Assembly (NCBI RefSeq): GCF_000181795.1
Contig: NW_003526943.1
Coordinates: 11,832,007 to 11,896,006, forward strand
DNA: 64,000 bases
Direction of reading: 5' to 3'
Source: Trichinella spiralis
Taxonomy: Eukaryota
In this document: positions 27,924-39,238 of the stretch, piece after piece
How the letters are laid out: every line of letters begins with the position of its first letter
How positions within the stretch are numbered: position 1 is the stretch's first letter
Notes under the pieces: model-generated
What the model was told of the DNA's origin: nothing
Seen by the model: only the letters and a program-made list of their open reading frames with translations
The model's database searches: none
Program-made: the position numbers and the translations under genes

Positions 27924-29477
27924 TTGTCAACAGAACAGAAACCAGACAAGCAAACCACAACACTGTCAACAAGCCTGCTACTGAACAGTACAGTTCACGA
28001 AAAGTAGGTTGCATGATCAGTACAAAACAATTCCCTCAAATCTCATATTTATCAATTTCTCCATAATAAATGTTTAATAAAAAAAATACATGCATTGTTC
28101 TAGGTTGAATTGGAAAGAAAAAATTGCGTTGATCATCGGCTTTTAATTTTGAACACTTTAAATACACAAATTTATTAAATTAACATTCCACAAACAAATG
28201 CCGTGATGTCATATCAAAATGTTTATTTAATCTATTTGTTTATCAAATTAATTAATTTTTGCAGAATTTTTTTAAAAAATTTCTACAATTTTCGATTATT
28301 ATTTAATTGCAAGCTTATTAATTAATAAACTTGCAAAATCAAGAAAATCATTTTTAAAACTTTTAGAGCATTTTTTAAAACTAAATTATTTAATGCTAAA
28401 AAATGTATATCAAAGTGAATATAGTTGATTTGTTTTTGTTTTGAATTAAAAAAAATGTAATCCATACTTTACGCTTATGGAAAAATTATATTCAAATTCA
28501 CACGTGATTATTTAAATTTTTCAACTAAATTTGCAATATAAAATTAAAAATTTAAATTTGATTTTTTAAATTGAAACGAATGTAGGTTAGCTATAAATTA
28601 ACTTCTGAAAACGGAAAATTATTCTTGATTTTCTTGATTTTTGAATTTTACAGTACTTTGTTTCTCGTATTTGTTTGTTGTAAATGTAAATGTTTTTATT
28701 GTTTTATTCATCTTCTGTTAAGTTTCTCCATATATGCAAGGTGATGCATTCCAAACGCGTTTAAATTTTGCAATTTCAAATTGCTATTCTCCAAAGCTGC
28801 CTAAAACAATAGCAGAAATTCATTGCCGTTTTTCAAGTGTTCCGGAAAATATTTTTTGCAAGTATTTCATGTATTTTTGTTTATTGTTATTGTTTTATTT
28901 TTCTTATTTTATTTCGATTTGTCCATTAGATCAGTAAAGCTTGATAAATTGTGTTATTGAAAAGTAAAAATATTTAATAAGTGAATTTCGATAAACGATT
29001 TCGTTTGTTTTGCCTTTTCATTCATGTTTTGAATCAGAATAGAAAATGAATGAAGTTTATTTAATTTTTTCATTTTGTCGTTATTTTTCTGTGCATGATT
29101 CAATATTTGAAACTTCACTGAGTGCCTTTTTAACCTTTTTATTAATGATAATGTACAGTTTTGTTTTTACTGTAATATAGCATAGATTAACGTTGTTTTT
29201 AAATTCGAAACACGCACACACACAAATGCATGTGTAATTTTTAAATTATTTGTTCCCTGGGCATTTTATTTAGCTATATTATTAGTGCCACATTGTACCA
29301 GTGTTATGCAAATTTGTTTCAACATGTATCTACATTGATTGTTGATTATGTGATGGATGCTTTTCCTATTGCAATAGTAGCGGTTCGAAGAATAGAGTGG
29401 CAGATTTTTCGTAGGAGTATTATTAGATTTGTTTATTGTTGTTTCAGTTTGATGTAGTTTGTGTTGGTTTGGTGACA

Positions 29478-32090
29478 ATGAGGCGTGTTTTGAACGTGGC
29501 AGAGAAGAACGACGCGTCTCGAACAATTGCTCAAATTTTGAGTCGCGGTCAAATGAATCGTCGAGAGGGTTTTTCCAAATATAACAAAATATACGAATTC
29601 AATTGCACAGTGTTCGGTGAATTGTGCCGGATGGTGTTCACCAGCGTCAGTGGTCATTTGTTGAATTTGGATTTCGATTCCATTTACCGCAATTGGCAAA
29701 GCGTTCCCGTCGATGAGCTGTTCACGGCTCCGGTGCGGAAGTGTTGTTCACCGGACATGCAACCGGTGCTGCGCACATTGCAGGCCGAGGTGCGGATGGT
29801 GGATTTGTTGGTCATTTGGACGGACTGTGATCGTGAGGGTGAGAATATTGGCTTTGAAGTGATCGGCGTGTGTTTGGAGGTGAAGCCATCGCTTGTGGTC
29901 AAGCGAGCGGTGTTTTCCGAATTGACAAGCCAGGCAATCACTAGGGCGCTGGCTTCGCTGACCGAGCCGAATGCTTTGCTGTCGGACGCGGTCGACTGTC
30001 GTCAGGAGATGGACCTGCGCACCGGGGCGGCGTTTACCCGGTTCCAAACTCTGCGCCTTCGTGACACGTTCAAGAGACAGCTCGGTGACAAGTTGATCAG
30101 CTACGGCAGTTGTCAATTTCCAACGCTTGGACTTGTGGTCGATCGTTACAAGCAGAATCAGGCGTTCATATGCGAGACGTTTTGGAAATTGGTCGCCAAG
30201 CACGAGACGGTGGAATTTCACTGGCGCCGCGGTCGGCTGTTCGACCGCCACGCCTGTGCGACGCTGCTTCAGTTGTGCTTGGAATCGCCGGTGGCCGTGG
30301 TCAGAGCGGTGCGTTCTAGGAAGCGAACGAGAAAACGTCCAGTCGCTTTGGATACGGTAGGCTTGGAGAAGATGGCTTGCAAACGTCTCGGCATGACGGC
30401 CAAAGAGGCGATGGCGGTGGCCGAGAAGCTCTACACACAAGGCTATATTAGTTATCCGCGAACGGAGACCAACTTCTTCCCCAAAGAGATTGATCTGGTC
30501 TCGTTGGTCAAGCAGCACGTCAACGACAGCCAGTGGGGCACGTTTGCCAACCGTGTGCTCAGTCAGGGGGTCCAGCCTCGCCAAGGCAACAAAACTGACA
30601 ACGCCCATCCGCCGATCCATCCTATTCGTCACGTCGATCTGGAACAATTTCAACACCAACAGCATCGACGGCTGTACGAGTTTGTCGTCAGGCATTTCCT
30701 CGCCTGTATATCCGCCGACGCCCAAGGCTTGCAGACCACCGTCGAAATTGAAGTTGCCGACGAACAGTTCAGTGCTAGCGGTTTGATTGTCACAGAACGA
30801 AATTATCTGGAAGTGTACCACCCGTATGAAAATTGGTCTGAGAAGCAGCTCGACGTTGCGTATGCAGTTGGTGACCGATTCGATGTTCAAGTGGAAATGG
30901 TCACCGGTGAGACCAAGCCTCCGAATTTGTTAACTGAAGCTGATTTGATCGGCTTGATGGAAAAGTTCGGCATCGGTACCGATGCCACGCACGCCGAACA
31001 CATCGAAACCATACAGAAACGCCTGTACGTTGGCTTGACCGCGGACAAGCGTCTGTTGCCGGGATTTTTGGGTTTGGGCTTGGTGGACGGTTACGACGCC
31101 ATAGGCTGCCAGTTGGCCAAGCCGGATTTGAGGGCCGACTTCGAAACCGAGCTGCGTCGTATTGCCGACGGTTCCCGTTCCAAGCAGGATGTGCTGGGCG
31201 AATACAAGGCGAAATATTGGCACGTGTTCATGCAAGTGACTGCCATGGCTGAACGTCTCGATCAAGCTTTGTCGGCTTACTTCGACAGCGGCACGGGTCC
31301 GTCGACCGTCGCGGTCAGTGGTCCAAGTGACAACAATTATTCAGCTCGACGACAAGAACAGCGACAGTTGGACAACGTTTGCACACGTTGTTTGTCCTGT
31401 GGCAATTCGATGAGACTGAAGCAGACTCGAAACGGTATTTATTTTGTCGGCTGTGAAAATTATCCATCTTGCAAAGAGGCGATTTGGTTGGACCAGCGTG
31501 AGAGAATTCAATTCGCCTCAGTGCTGGCCGACCGCTGTGATTGGTGCACGTTGAGGCAGACTCGCCTGATCGAGTTGAAATTGGCACCGAATCCGCTGAC
31601 GACCAGTCGTATCTGCGTCACTTGTCCGGCTTCGAATAAGCTGCAAACTCGACAACTGCCCCCGAATCCACCACCGCCCGCGTTTGTACAACTGGACGGT
31701 GCTCGGGTGTCGTTGCCGGCTCCGGGTCCGGAACCGTCGGTTCAGGAGAACCAGGCCATTTGCCAGTGCGGTCTGCCGAGCAAGCTGTTCACCGTACGCA
31801 AGGAGGGTCCGAACAAGGGTCGCACATTTTACGCCTGCTCCAAGATCGGCCACGGGAAGTGCAATTTTTTTGTCTGGGCCGACGTCGGTCCACTACCGTT
31901 GTCCAGGTCGACAATGGTCCAAAGTCAATCCAACACTTTTGGACAATACTTTCCCCAATCCACCCGGCAAACTTATCACAATGCAAGCAGAGGGTTCCAA
32001 GCAGGCACTGGGATCAAAGCCGTTCGAAAATGTGGCCTATGTCGACAACCTGGACATAATGTGAAAAATTGTCCTGAAAAGTTCACTTGA
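29478..32090 (+). CDS. TOP3A: DNA topoisomerase III alpha, single exon
   Basis: First in-frame ATG at 29478. TOPRIM motifs VLNVAEKND and WTDCDREGE, catalytic GYISYPRT, a C4 zinc ribbon (CLSCG...GCENYPSC), a GRF finger (CQCG...GPNKGRTFYAC) and a CCHC knuckle (CGLCRQPGHNVKNC). Confidence 0.97.
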   Translation: MRRVLNVAEKNDASRTIAQILSRGQMNRREGFSKYNKIYEFNCTVFGELCRMVFTSVSGHLLNLDFDSIYRNWQSVPVDELFTAPVRKCCSPDMQPVLRTLQAEVRMVDLLVIWTDCDREGENIGFEVIGVCLEVKPSLVVKRAVFSELTSQAITRALASLTEPNALLSDAVDCRQEMDLRTGAAFTRFQTLRLRDTFKRQLGDKLISYGSCQFPTLGLVVDRYKQNQAFICETFWKLVAKHETVEFHWRRGRLFDRHACATLLQLCLESPVAVVRAVRSRKRTRKRPVALDTVGLEKMACKRLGMTAKEAMAVAEKLYTQGYISYPRTETNFFPKEIDLVSLVKQHVNDSQWGTFANRVLSQGVQPRQGNKTDNAHPPIHPIRHVDLEQFQHQQHRRLYEFVVRHFLACISADAQGLQTTVEIEVADEQFSASGLIVTERNYLEVYHPYENWSEKQLDVAYAVGDRFDVQVEMVTGETKPPNLLTEADLIGLMEKFGIGTDATHAEHIETIQKRLYVGLTADKRLLPGFLGLGLVDGYDAIGCQLAKPDLRADFETELRRIADGSRSKQDVLGEYKAKYWHVFMQVTAMAERLDQALSAYFDSGTGPSTVAVSGPSDNNYSARRQEQRQLDNVCTRCLSCGNSMRLKQTRNGIYFVGCENYPSCKEAIWLDQRERIQFASVLADRCDWCTLRQTRLIELKLAPNPLTTSRICVTCPASNKLQTRQLPPNPPPPAFVQLDGARVSLPAPGPEPSVQENQAICQCGLPSKLFTVRKEGPNKGRTFYACSKIGHGKCNFFVWADVGPLPLSRSTMVQSQSNTFGQYFPQSTRQTYHNASRGFQAGTGIKAVRKCGLCRQPGHNVKNCPEKFT

Positions 32091-34039
32091 AAAAAAAAGT
32101 AAATCCATTATAAAGAAAGTATTCTTTTTCTTCTTCTCTTGTTGTTATCGTTGTTGACTTTTTATTTTTTTTCATAAAATTTAATATCATTATTAAAAAA
32201 GAAAACATATATAATTTGTTCGAAGATTAATTTTATTTTTTGCTCTCTTAGTCGAAGAAAAGAAAATCAGTACGTACCTGCCATGTTTGTTCATATTTGC
32301 TTTTTTATAAAAAAAAATCAAAGAATATTTGTGATGATGAAATAATGCCTGTAAGTAAAAAGTTTATTTTTAAAAATTTTATTTTATAATTTATTTGCAT
32401 TGCATTTTTCAAAATTGAAAGTGAATGCAAAGAAAACATAATTTTAATATCTGTCACTAATTTTTGCTTGAATTTTTTGTTTTTTTTTGATTTGAACATT
32501 CTATAATTGAATATGATGAAATGTTTGAAAGAACAAAGTGCTGTCTGTTACTTCAGTTGCTTTAATGATGACAGCTTTGTGAATTTGTACATTATTATTC
32601 CACGTGAGTTGTGCATGTTCGATGTGTACTTTGTTCATTGTGAACACGTTGTGCAAATCGACATCCTGGTTTCACATACAAGCAGATGGTGATGACAAAA
32701 AATTTAAAAAATCCGTTGATGTGTTCATGAAGATGCGGCTGCCAGTGAGTATCCAGAGCGGTCAGTTTCGTCAAGCTCAACACGTAATGAATTACCGATA
32801 GCCAAAAGGTGTGGAACCACACATCGTGAAGACATGTCGGTTTCAGTGACGGTCTGAAAGAAAATTGTATGAAAAAGAAATTTGAAGAAAGACAAAATAA
32901 TGTATTTACATATGCTTGCCCAGTTGCCAAATGATGCAGGCGGATAGCAGATGCAAGAAAATGGTTACGTGAAGATTGAAATTGCCAAATCTGTGCCAAG
33001 TGGCAGCTGGTTCCAGTTGTTTGGAATGTCGACTGTTCAATGCCCACAAATAGCCCAGCAACTGATCTTTGCTTAACCAGCAACTTTCGTACAAATAAGC
33101 TGACAGCGATGCGGCAATTATTCGGAAACTTATGCAAATGAAATTTACAAATTTCCCTGGCATTCTGTTCAATCTTACGAAAATGTGACGTTTCGCCAAA
33201 TTGCAGAGCGGAGCGAATGCAGCAAACAACTGAATGGTGCAACCTTGAGATACTGTTGCAGCGTCTACTTATAAGTAGGTGACATTGTTCATTTCTGACA
33301 GTCTGCTTGTAGTGGAAATTTTCAACATCAGCAACCTATTTAATATTTCACGAAAAGCATCCATCATCAGAACAATAAATATAGCATATTTCAAAAGTAT
33401 GCTTTTTCACCTTCACTTGTAAGCTATACAAGAAGACAAATTTTTTCGTATGAAAAAAGTTGACTTATATATTATAATTTAAATAGTTACAAAAAACATT
33501 TACGACAAATGTTTTATAATTGGTGATATTATGAAGAAATTAAATTCAATCACAACAAGCACTAAAACAATTATATTTTATATTATCTGCAAAAGCTATT
33601 TCAAATCTTCAAAAAACTAAAATATTTTGTACTTTACTTAATATTTACAAACAAGTAAATAAATTCGATGATTTTTGTATGAATTTTAAACTTCTCATTA
33701 TTAGCTTTTTAATTTTGTAATGTATTCAAAACTTAATCTTAGCTATTTTTTGTCGTTTATGTACGTTTTGATGATACTTCACAACAATACGAATTTTGTG
33801 CTCCTGAAAATCTAATTTATGATATATACTTTTAAATTAAATTAACGTCATAAATGAATTTTTTTAAACAAACATGTTGAAATTGAAATTATCGTATGCA
33901 AAAAAATGTACAATTTTACAGAATAAATTCTTAAAAAATTAAATGTCAATAATTTGTTGATAAATGGTTGTTTTATAGGACCAGATTATCTGCTGCAAAA
34001 TTCCTTTTCTTTTGCTTTGTGGCTTTTATTAAATTGATC

Positions 34040-34990
34040 CTGCCTTCAACTAATGGTTTTGCAAGATCAAGGTGTATGTGATCAGGAATCAAACACAACC
34101 CGTGTTTCATGAGTAGTTCGGCTTGATTTTTCACGATTGATGGGCAGGGCGCTAGGTGTTGTAAGAATAGGAAATTTTCCCTCCCTTGTTTCCAACTATC
34201 ATGAATTATTTTCTGAAATTACGATCTTTTGTTACGACGACCTTCCATATTGCTTGTTCACAGGATGCGCGATGAAAGTGGGCAATTTTAGCATGCTGAA
34301 TTGCACCTCTGTTTAAGAACTATTGGAACTCATCTGAAGAGTACTGGAATGTGTTGCCAGATACGATCGTCTACGATTACTAGTCCAAGAATCGTGAACA
34401 ATTGCCTTAGTTTGTCCATTATCGTTTTTCAGGGCATTTCAGTTATTGCCATGACTCATGACCATTTTGAAAATGCATCAACGACGCTTCACAATGTTTT
34501 TCCTTCAAATAATCCAGCGAAGTTGGTGTGCAATCAAAGGTACAAAGGTTATTTGGAATTTTCCAAGAGTGGACTTGAGTTTCAGGCATTGCGGGTCTTA
34601 GCGGATGTCAAACTTCAAATCACTTAACCATCTTAATCTCATTTTTGACAGAAAAAGTAAATCTTTGCCAGCTCCTTCATTCAGGCACTTCTTTGATGAT
34701 CCTCATGACTTTGAAAATGTGAATGAGTAGTGATCGTTTCTGCTTTAGCGAAACAATTTTATTCCTTCCAATCAAGCATTATTCTGTGTTGAAATTTCAA
34801 GTTGTTAACAAAAAAGTTGCCAAAAATTCTCTTCCTAAATTACACTTTGTTTGACTTTACATTTCATGCCTTCGAGTTATAACTTTCATTCGAGATATGC
34901 CTAAGTGACGCAAGTTCAACTCCTTGGGAACCTCTGGCAGCCCACAAATGTCAAACTGAACGGAAAATATTTCCATTCCTGATGCAATGT
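34040..34990 (-). mobile_element. Degenerate Ty3/Gypsy retrotransposon integrase fragment
   Basis: Broken minus-strand frames read LRHLGISRMKVITR and MKELAKIYFF (H2C2 region), then LHTNFAGLFEGKTL*SVVDAFSKW, KTIMDKLRQLFTILGL, SSDEFQ*FLNRGAIQHAKIAHFHRAS and AELLMK. This is the rve core pattern with stops and frameshifts. Confidence 0.8.
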
Positions 34991-35396
34991 ATTTTGATAT
35001 ACATTAATTTTAAAATTCAGACAGTACCATATCTTCCCAGAATTAATAATACATAGAATCAAAGAAACTGAAGCTATTACTTATAAAAAACAAAAGGAAA
35101 ATTGGAATTAAAATTGCAGCAATGGAAATGTGAATAATTACGCATCACTTATAAATAATAGATTTATTTCGTAATTTCAAAATGTCAGATTAAGTAATAA
35201 TCCAGATTGTGCCTGAAATTACATTAGGAAAATCAAACAATGCGATATTTTTTGGGTGAATGTTCATTTATTTCAATGCAATTAACAGTTTCCCCGTGTA
35301 TTAAAAATTATTTATAAAATTTTCAATTCACCAAAGAAGATTCCAACTTTCCATTGCACAAAATTAATTACATGCACAATAAACTGTGGAATTATA

Positions 35397-36716
35397 TTAG
35401 GTGCATGCATCCAGGTTCTTCGGGGTGATCATCTTTCTGAATAAGTCAGCTGCTTCTTTGCTCAAAACGCAAGCAACTGTTGCTCCATATTTTGCATCTT
35501 TCGCCTAATTGATTTTAAATTTAGTAAAGGAAAACACAAAAAGTAAATTTAATCATACCGTTCTTCCAGTATTGCTTAGACATACAAAATCAGTATCTGA
35601 TTTTAGAACAGACCATCTTGCGCTGTCTTGTCCTATTGGAATTTCAGTATCTTTAACAGTTATTGGCCCTAACACGTTTTCCACTTTCAGTTGGCCAGCG
35701 CATAATTTTTTCAAAACAGTTGTAGTTTTTCCAGGTGTGTAAACTTGCAATGTTTTTCTTAGATGTTTAACAATATAATTTAAATATATATCTAAAAATA
35801 CAATATTTTCCTGTTTTATATTTTTTCATTAATTTTAATAGTTTAGATGTACCTGATGAATACCCTACTGGTGCCGATGCAAATATTTTGACAGTTCCTG
35901 GTTGAGTCAGGGTCCTTATGCTATCAGCAGAAATAGTTGCAGTTGGCTGATACCTATGCAATCCATTAACAAGTTTTTGAATTTCAGGTGAATCATAGAA
36001 AGGCTGGACGGGTGCTGATGCAGATCTCTGAGTAAAATATATGATGGGTTGCTCATAATCGATCATTTTTGCTGAAAATGTTCATGGCTCTTAATTTTAC
36101 TTCAATGAAGAAAAATTGCATACCAATAGCTCTTAAATTAACATCGGAATATGACATGCATAAAAAGGCAGCTGCGTCTTTTGTGGTCTTCTCATTTGAA
36201 AATAGAGTTGCAGTGGTTCCTGCTAAATTTGGAAAATACTTTGCTGTGTGCACCAACCAAAATCCTTTATTTGCAGTCTCAGCCATTATTACACCTAAAT
36301 AAGAAATCTGGATATCGTAATTTTGATGTGATACATTTTTCATCTACCTTTTCCAGGACTCATGGGAAGTTCAAATTTAAAATGTGGAGGATAATTGCTG
36401 TATGCTACAATATTTGCATGGTCCTTGTTTCCAGAAGCAAAATACTTATCCATCGTAGAATGAATTGGTTGCTGTTGTGCATCTATATCTGCAAGGGCTG
36501 CCCAGTCTGCATCACCTGGTTTAAGATAATGTGAAGATTTTCCTCCTGGCAATTTATAGACGAAGAACCTAAAAAGGAATATGAAATAGTTTGATGTATG
36601 ATGTGCTTAAATTTCCATTACCAATCTACAAGATTAGCATCTTGATAACATTGGAAGTCAACTGACGTTACGCCTAACTGCAGGGTATATAGAGCTATAA
36701 CAAAAAGTATGAACAT
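35397..36716 (-). CDS. Secreted DNase II-like (plancitoxin-1-like) protein, copy A, lacking catalytic His
   Basis: Signal peptide MFILFVIALYTLQLGVTS, then CYQDANLVDW|FFVYKLP, YSNYPP, GFWLVHTAKYFP, AAAFLCMSY, FVCLSNTGR and GATVAC, a DNase II framework. Six exons, GT-AG introns. Confidence 0.9.
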
Positions 36717-36749
36717 ATTTGCAGCGTTTGACAATATCTGCCCTGAGTG

Positions 36750-36800
36750 CTATATATATAGAGATACATTTAGGCAGTAAATAAACAATAAAACAAAAGC
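36750..36800 (-). promoter_or_regulatory. TATA box and conserved proximal promoter, DNase II copy A
   Basis: A TATATATA run ~35-45 bp upstream of the ATG, adjacent to + strand TAGGCAGTAAATAAACAA. The same arrangement occurs upstream of copy B. Confidence 0.55.
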
Positions 36801-37429
36801 ATTTTCAATTTTTTCTTCTATGATTTTTGTTTTGAGTAATTGTTATCATTTGTTTTTGTTCATTATTCTGCTGAGTTTTTAATGTAATTTTTCTTATTGA
36901 TTGAATTGTTGCATGTGTCTTAATGCAAATAACTTATTTATGGTAATACATAAAAGAAATTATTATACAATTATTATAAAAGCTCTTTTAACAGCTAATT
37001 AAATTTAAAGATTGAAGCCTATATAAGATGCTACTAATAAAATTTCTTTGTTTTTTGTCTAGTGCATTATTGGTTGCGTTTTTTGTCCAAATGAAACAAA
37101 ACTTAAGTTTGTAATTCTTCAAAAGAGATTTCTACAGTTTTGAAATATGTGAGACAATATTGTTTTATTCTTTCATTTCATTTCACACTGTGTACATAAT
37201 ACATTTTTATAGCATTAACTAATGTTAAGATGCGGTTTGTATATCCATTTTTTGTAATATACTTTCCAGTAGTTGTTCACATTTATGAGTGTTGCAAAAC
37301 TGAAAATGTCTTTTGCAGTTTGCAGTAATTAATTTTATTAATAATTGGTTTGGTCAGAATATTAGCACGCTTTATTGAACTTTAGCTTAAAAATTCTATA
37401 CAATTGTTGTAAATGGTCAGCTGTTTGCG

Positions 37430-37704
37430 GCTTTTGAAGTATTTATTCATACTTAGTCTAAATTATTTCTTTCTGCTTTGAATTCAACGTGCGTTTATTG
37501 AACACGTTTATTGTTTGTATAATTGCTACATCAATTTTATGGCACAAAATTTTTTATTGACATCACAATTAATTATATAATTTATTTCTAGATTTATCTA
37601 CCTCTTCATGGAAATAGAAATTATTCTTTTATACAAGAATATGCTGATCAAACCAGGCTGTATAAGAAGCAACATTGTCTTCATAAATAAATGCATTAAT
37701 GCAA
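37430..37704. repeat. Duplicated non-coding block, copy 1 (upstream of DNase II A)
   Basis: Colinear with 41435-41710. Shared segments include AAGTATTTATTCATAC, AATTCAACGTGCGTTTATTGAA, GACATCACAATTAATTATAT and GGCTGTATAAGAAGCAACATTGTCTT. Confidence 0.9.
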
Positions 37705-39238
37705 TTGATTATAAAATAATGTAATTAATTAATGAAGAAGTTCAACAATGTGATTATGAATAAATCAGATCTTATAGGTTAAATTGATATGAAACTCACA
37801 AAAATAATGATGAAAATTTAAAATTTTTGTATCAATCAACATTTTAGGTGTTCTTGAGAAGCAGAATTTCAAAACACAAAATTTGAACAACGTATCTCAA
37901 TGAAATGCTAACTTGTTGCAAAATCATCATTGCCACCTTTCAGAATTCTTATTTAGAGCATTCCAAAAAAAGGTAAGCATTTCAAAAATTAAAATAAGTC
38001 TGAATTATTGTCTGAATATTCCAAACTGAAAATAATAAAATTCAAATACGTAGAAATCGAAATATATTTTCAAGTCTATATGTGAATGCCAACGAAACAT
38101 TTTGTGATATTTAAGATTACTGAATTTTTTCCCCTAAATAAACGGCTTTTTATTATTTTATTTTTAATAAGCTAATTTCTAATGATTCAAAATTGCAACT
38201 GAAGCTTCTGATTTTTGACTGGCTGATTCAGTTTTCCTGCTTCTCTAGTTTTATCAGTATGCCGTGAGTGTATTGATGAGCGATGCTTTGCCAATATTCT
38301 TATATTTTAATTTTATTATTCTGCTTGTATATCTACATCATTGAATATCATACGTCAAAGCTGCCAACTTTTTGATAGTAAAATAACATTACTGAACTAT
38401 TTCGTTTTTCTTTCAAAACCTGATCAGTAGCTTTTTTTATGAATTTATCTTTACGTTTCAATGTCTTCCTTTTATGATTTATTTAATGTTCTATTCATTG
38501 CTTCAATATGACAACGTAACTGCTGTAATTCATCATTATTAGGTTATGTAAATATAACTATGGAATTCATCTCTTCATGCTTTTATTTTTGCACATTTTC
38601 TCTGGATATCGTTATTTTATGCAAACATCGTTTTTTAAGCAAATGAGAAAGAGCAGATTAACAAATTTAGAGCACAATGACATCTGTGGATTGTTGATCA
38701 CTAACTTGATAGCGTGACGATAATGCAGTAACAGCTTTTCTAACCAGTCAAGATGATGTAATCATAAATAAATTTATTTAAAAACCAGAGATCTTAGTAG
38801 TATTTTTTAATGGCAAATTTTTATATAATTATTTATTGAGAAAATATTAGAAATATACACAATATGCTGCACTGATTTCACGCCAAAATTAACATAGTTG
38901 ATTATTTGCTATTTTTTTATTTCTTTTTTTTATTTCCTAGAATTTAATTGATTGTAAGAAAGTAAATTTTATGACATTTTTTCTTAAAAGTTTTCTTATT
39001 ATTTAGTAATTTTTATTCACCTTTTTTACAGGATTTTTGTAATCTTTCTTTTTGTTAACTTCATTGTTATTGCAGTGAGAAACGATTGACAATTCAAATA
39101 GTAATTCCGTATTTTAACAATACAAATTCAAATTTATGATAAAAAAATGTAATATTTGACAATAATTATTTTAATTATAAATGTTCATTTCATTGAAGAT
39201 GTAGAATACATATCCGCAAAATAAACTGCTCAATTATA

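Noticed and set aside
29748..30890. 380-aa antisense ORF and other overlapping ORFs within TOP3A
   Set aside because: Shadow frames of a GC-rich coding sequence; no recognisable motifs.
29478..32090. Horizontal transfer or contamination as the explanation for GC-rich TOP3A
   Set aside because: The domain set (GRF and CCHC fingers) is eukaryotic TOP3A, and MRM2 in the same window shows the same compositional shift.
38180..38770. Coding-like minus-strand stretch between the DNase II copies
   Set aside because: Frequent stops in all frames and no identifiable motif.
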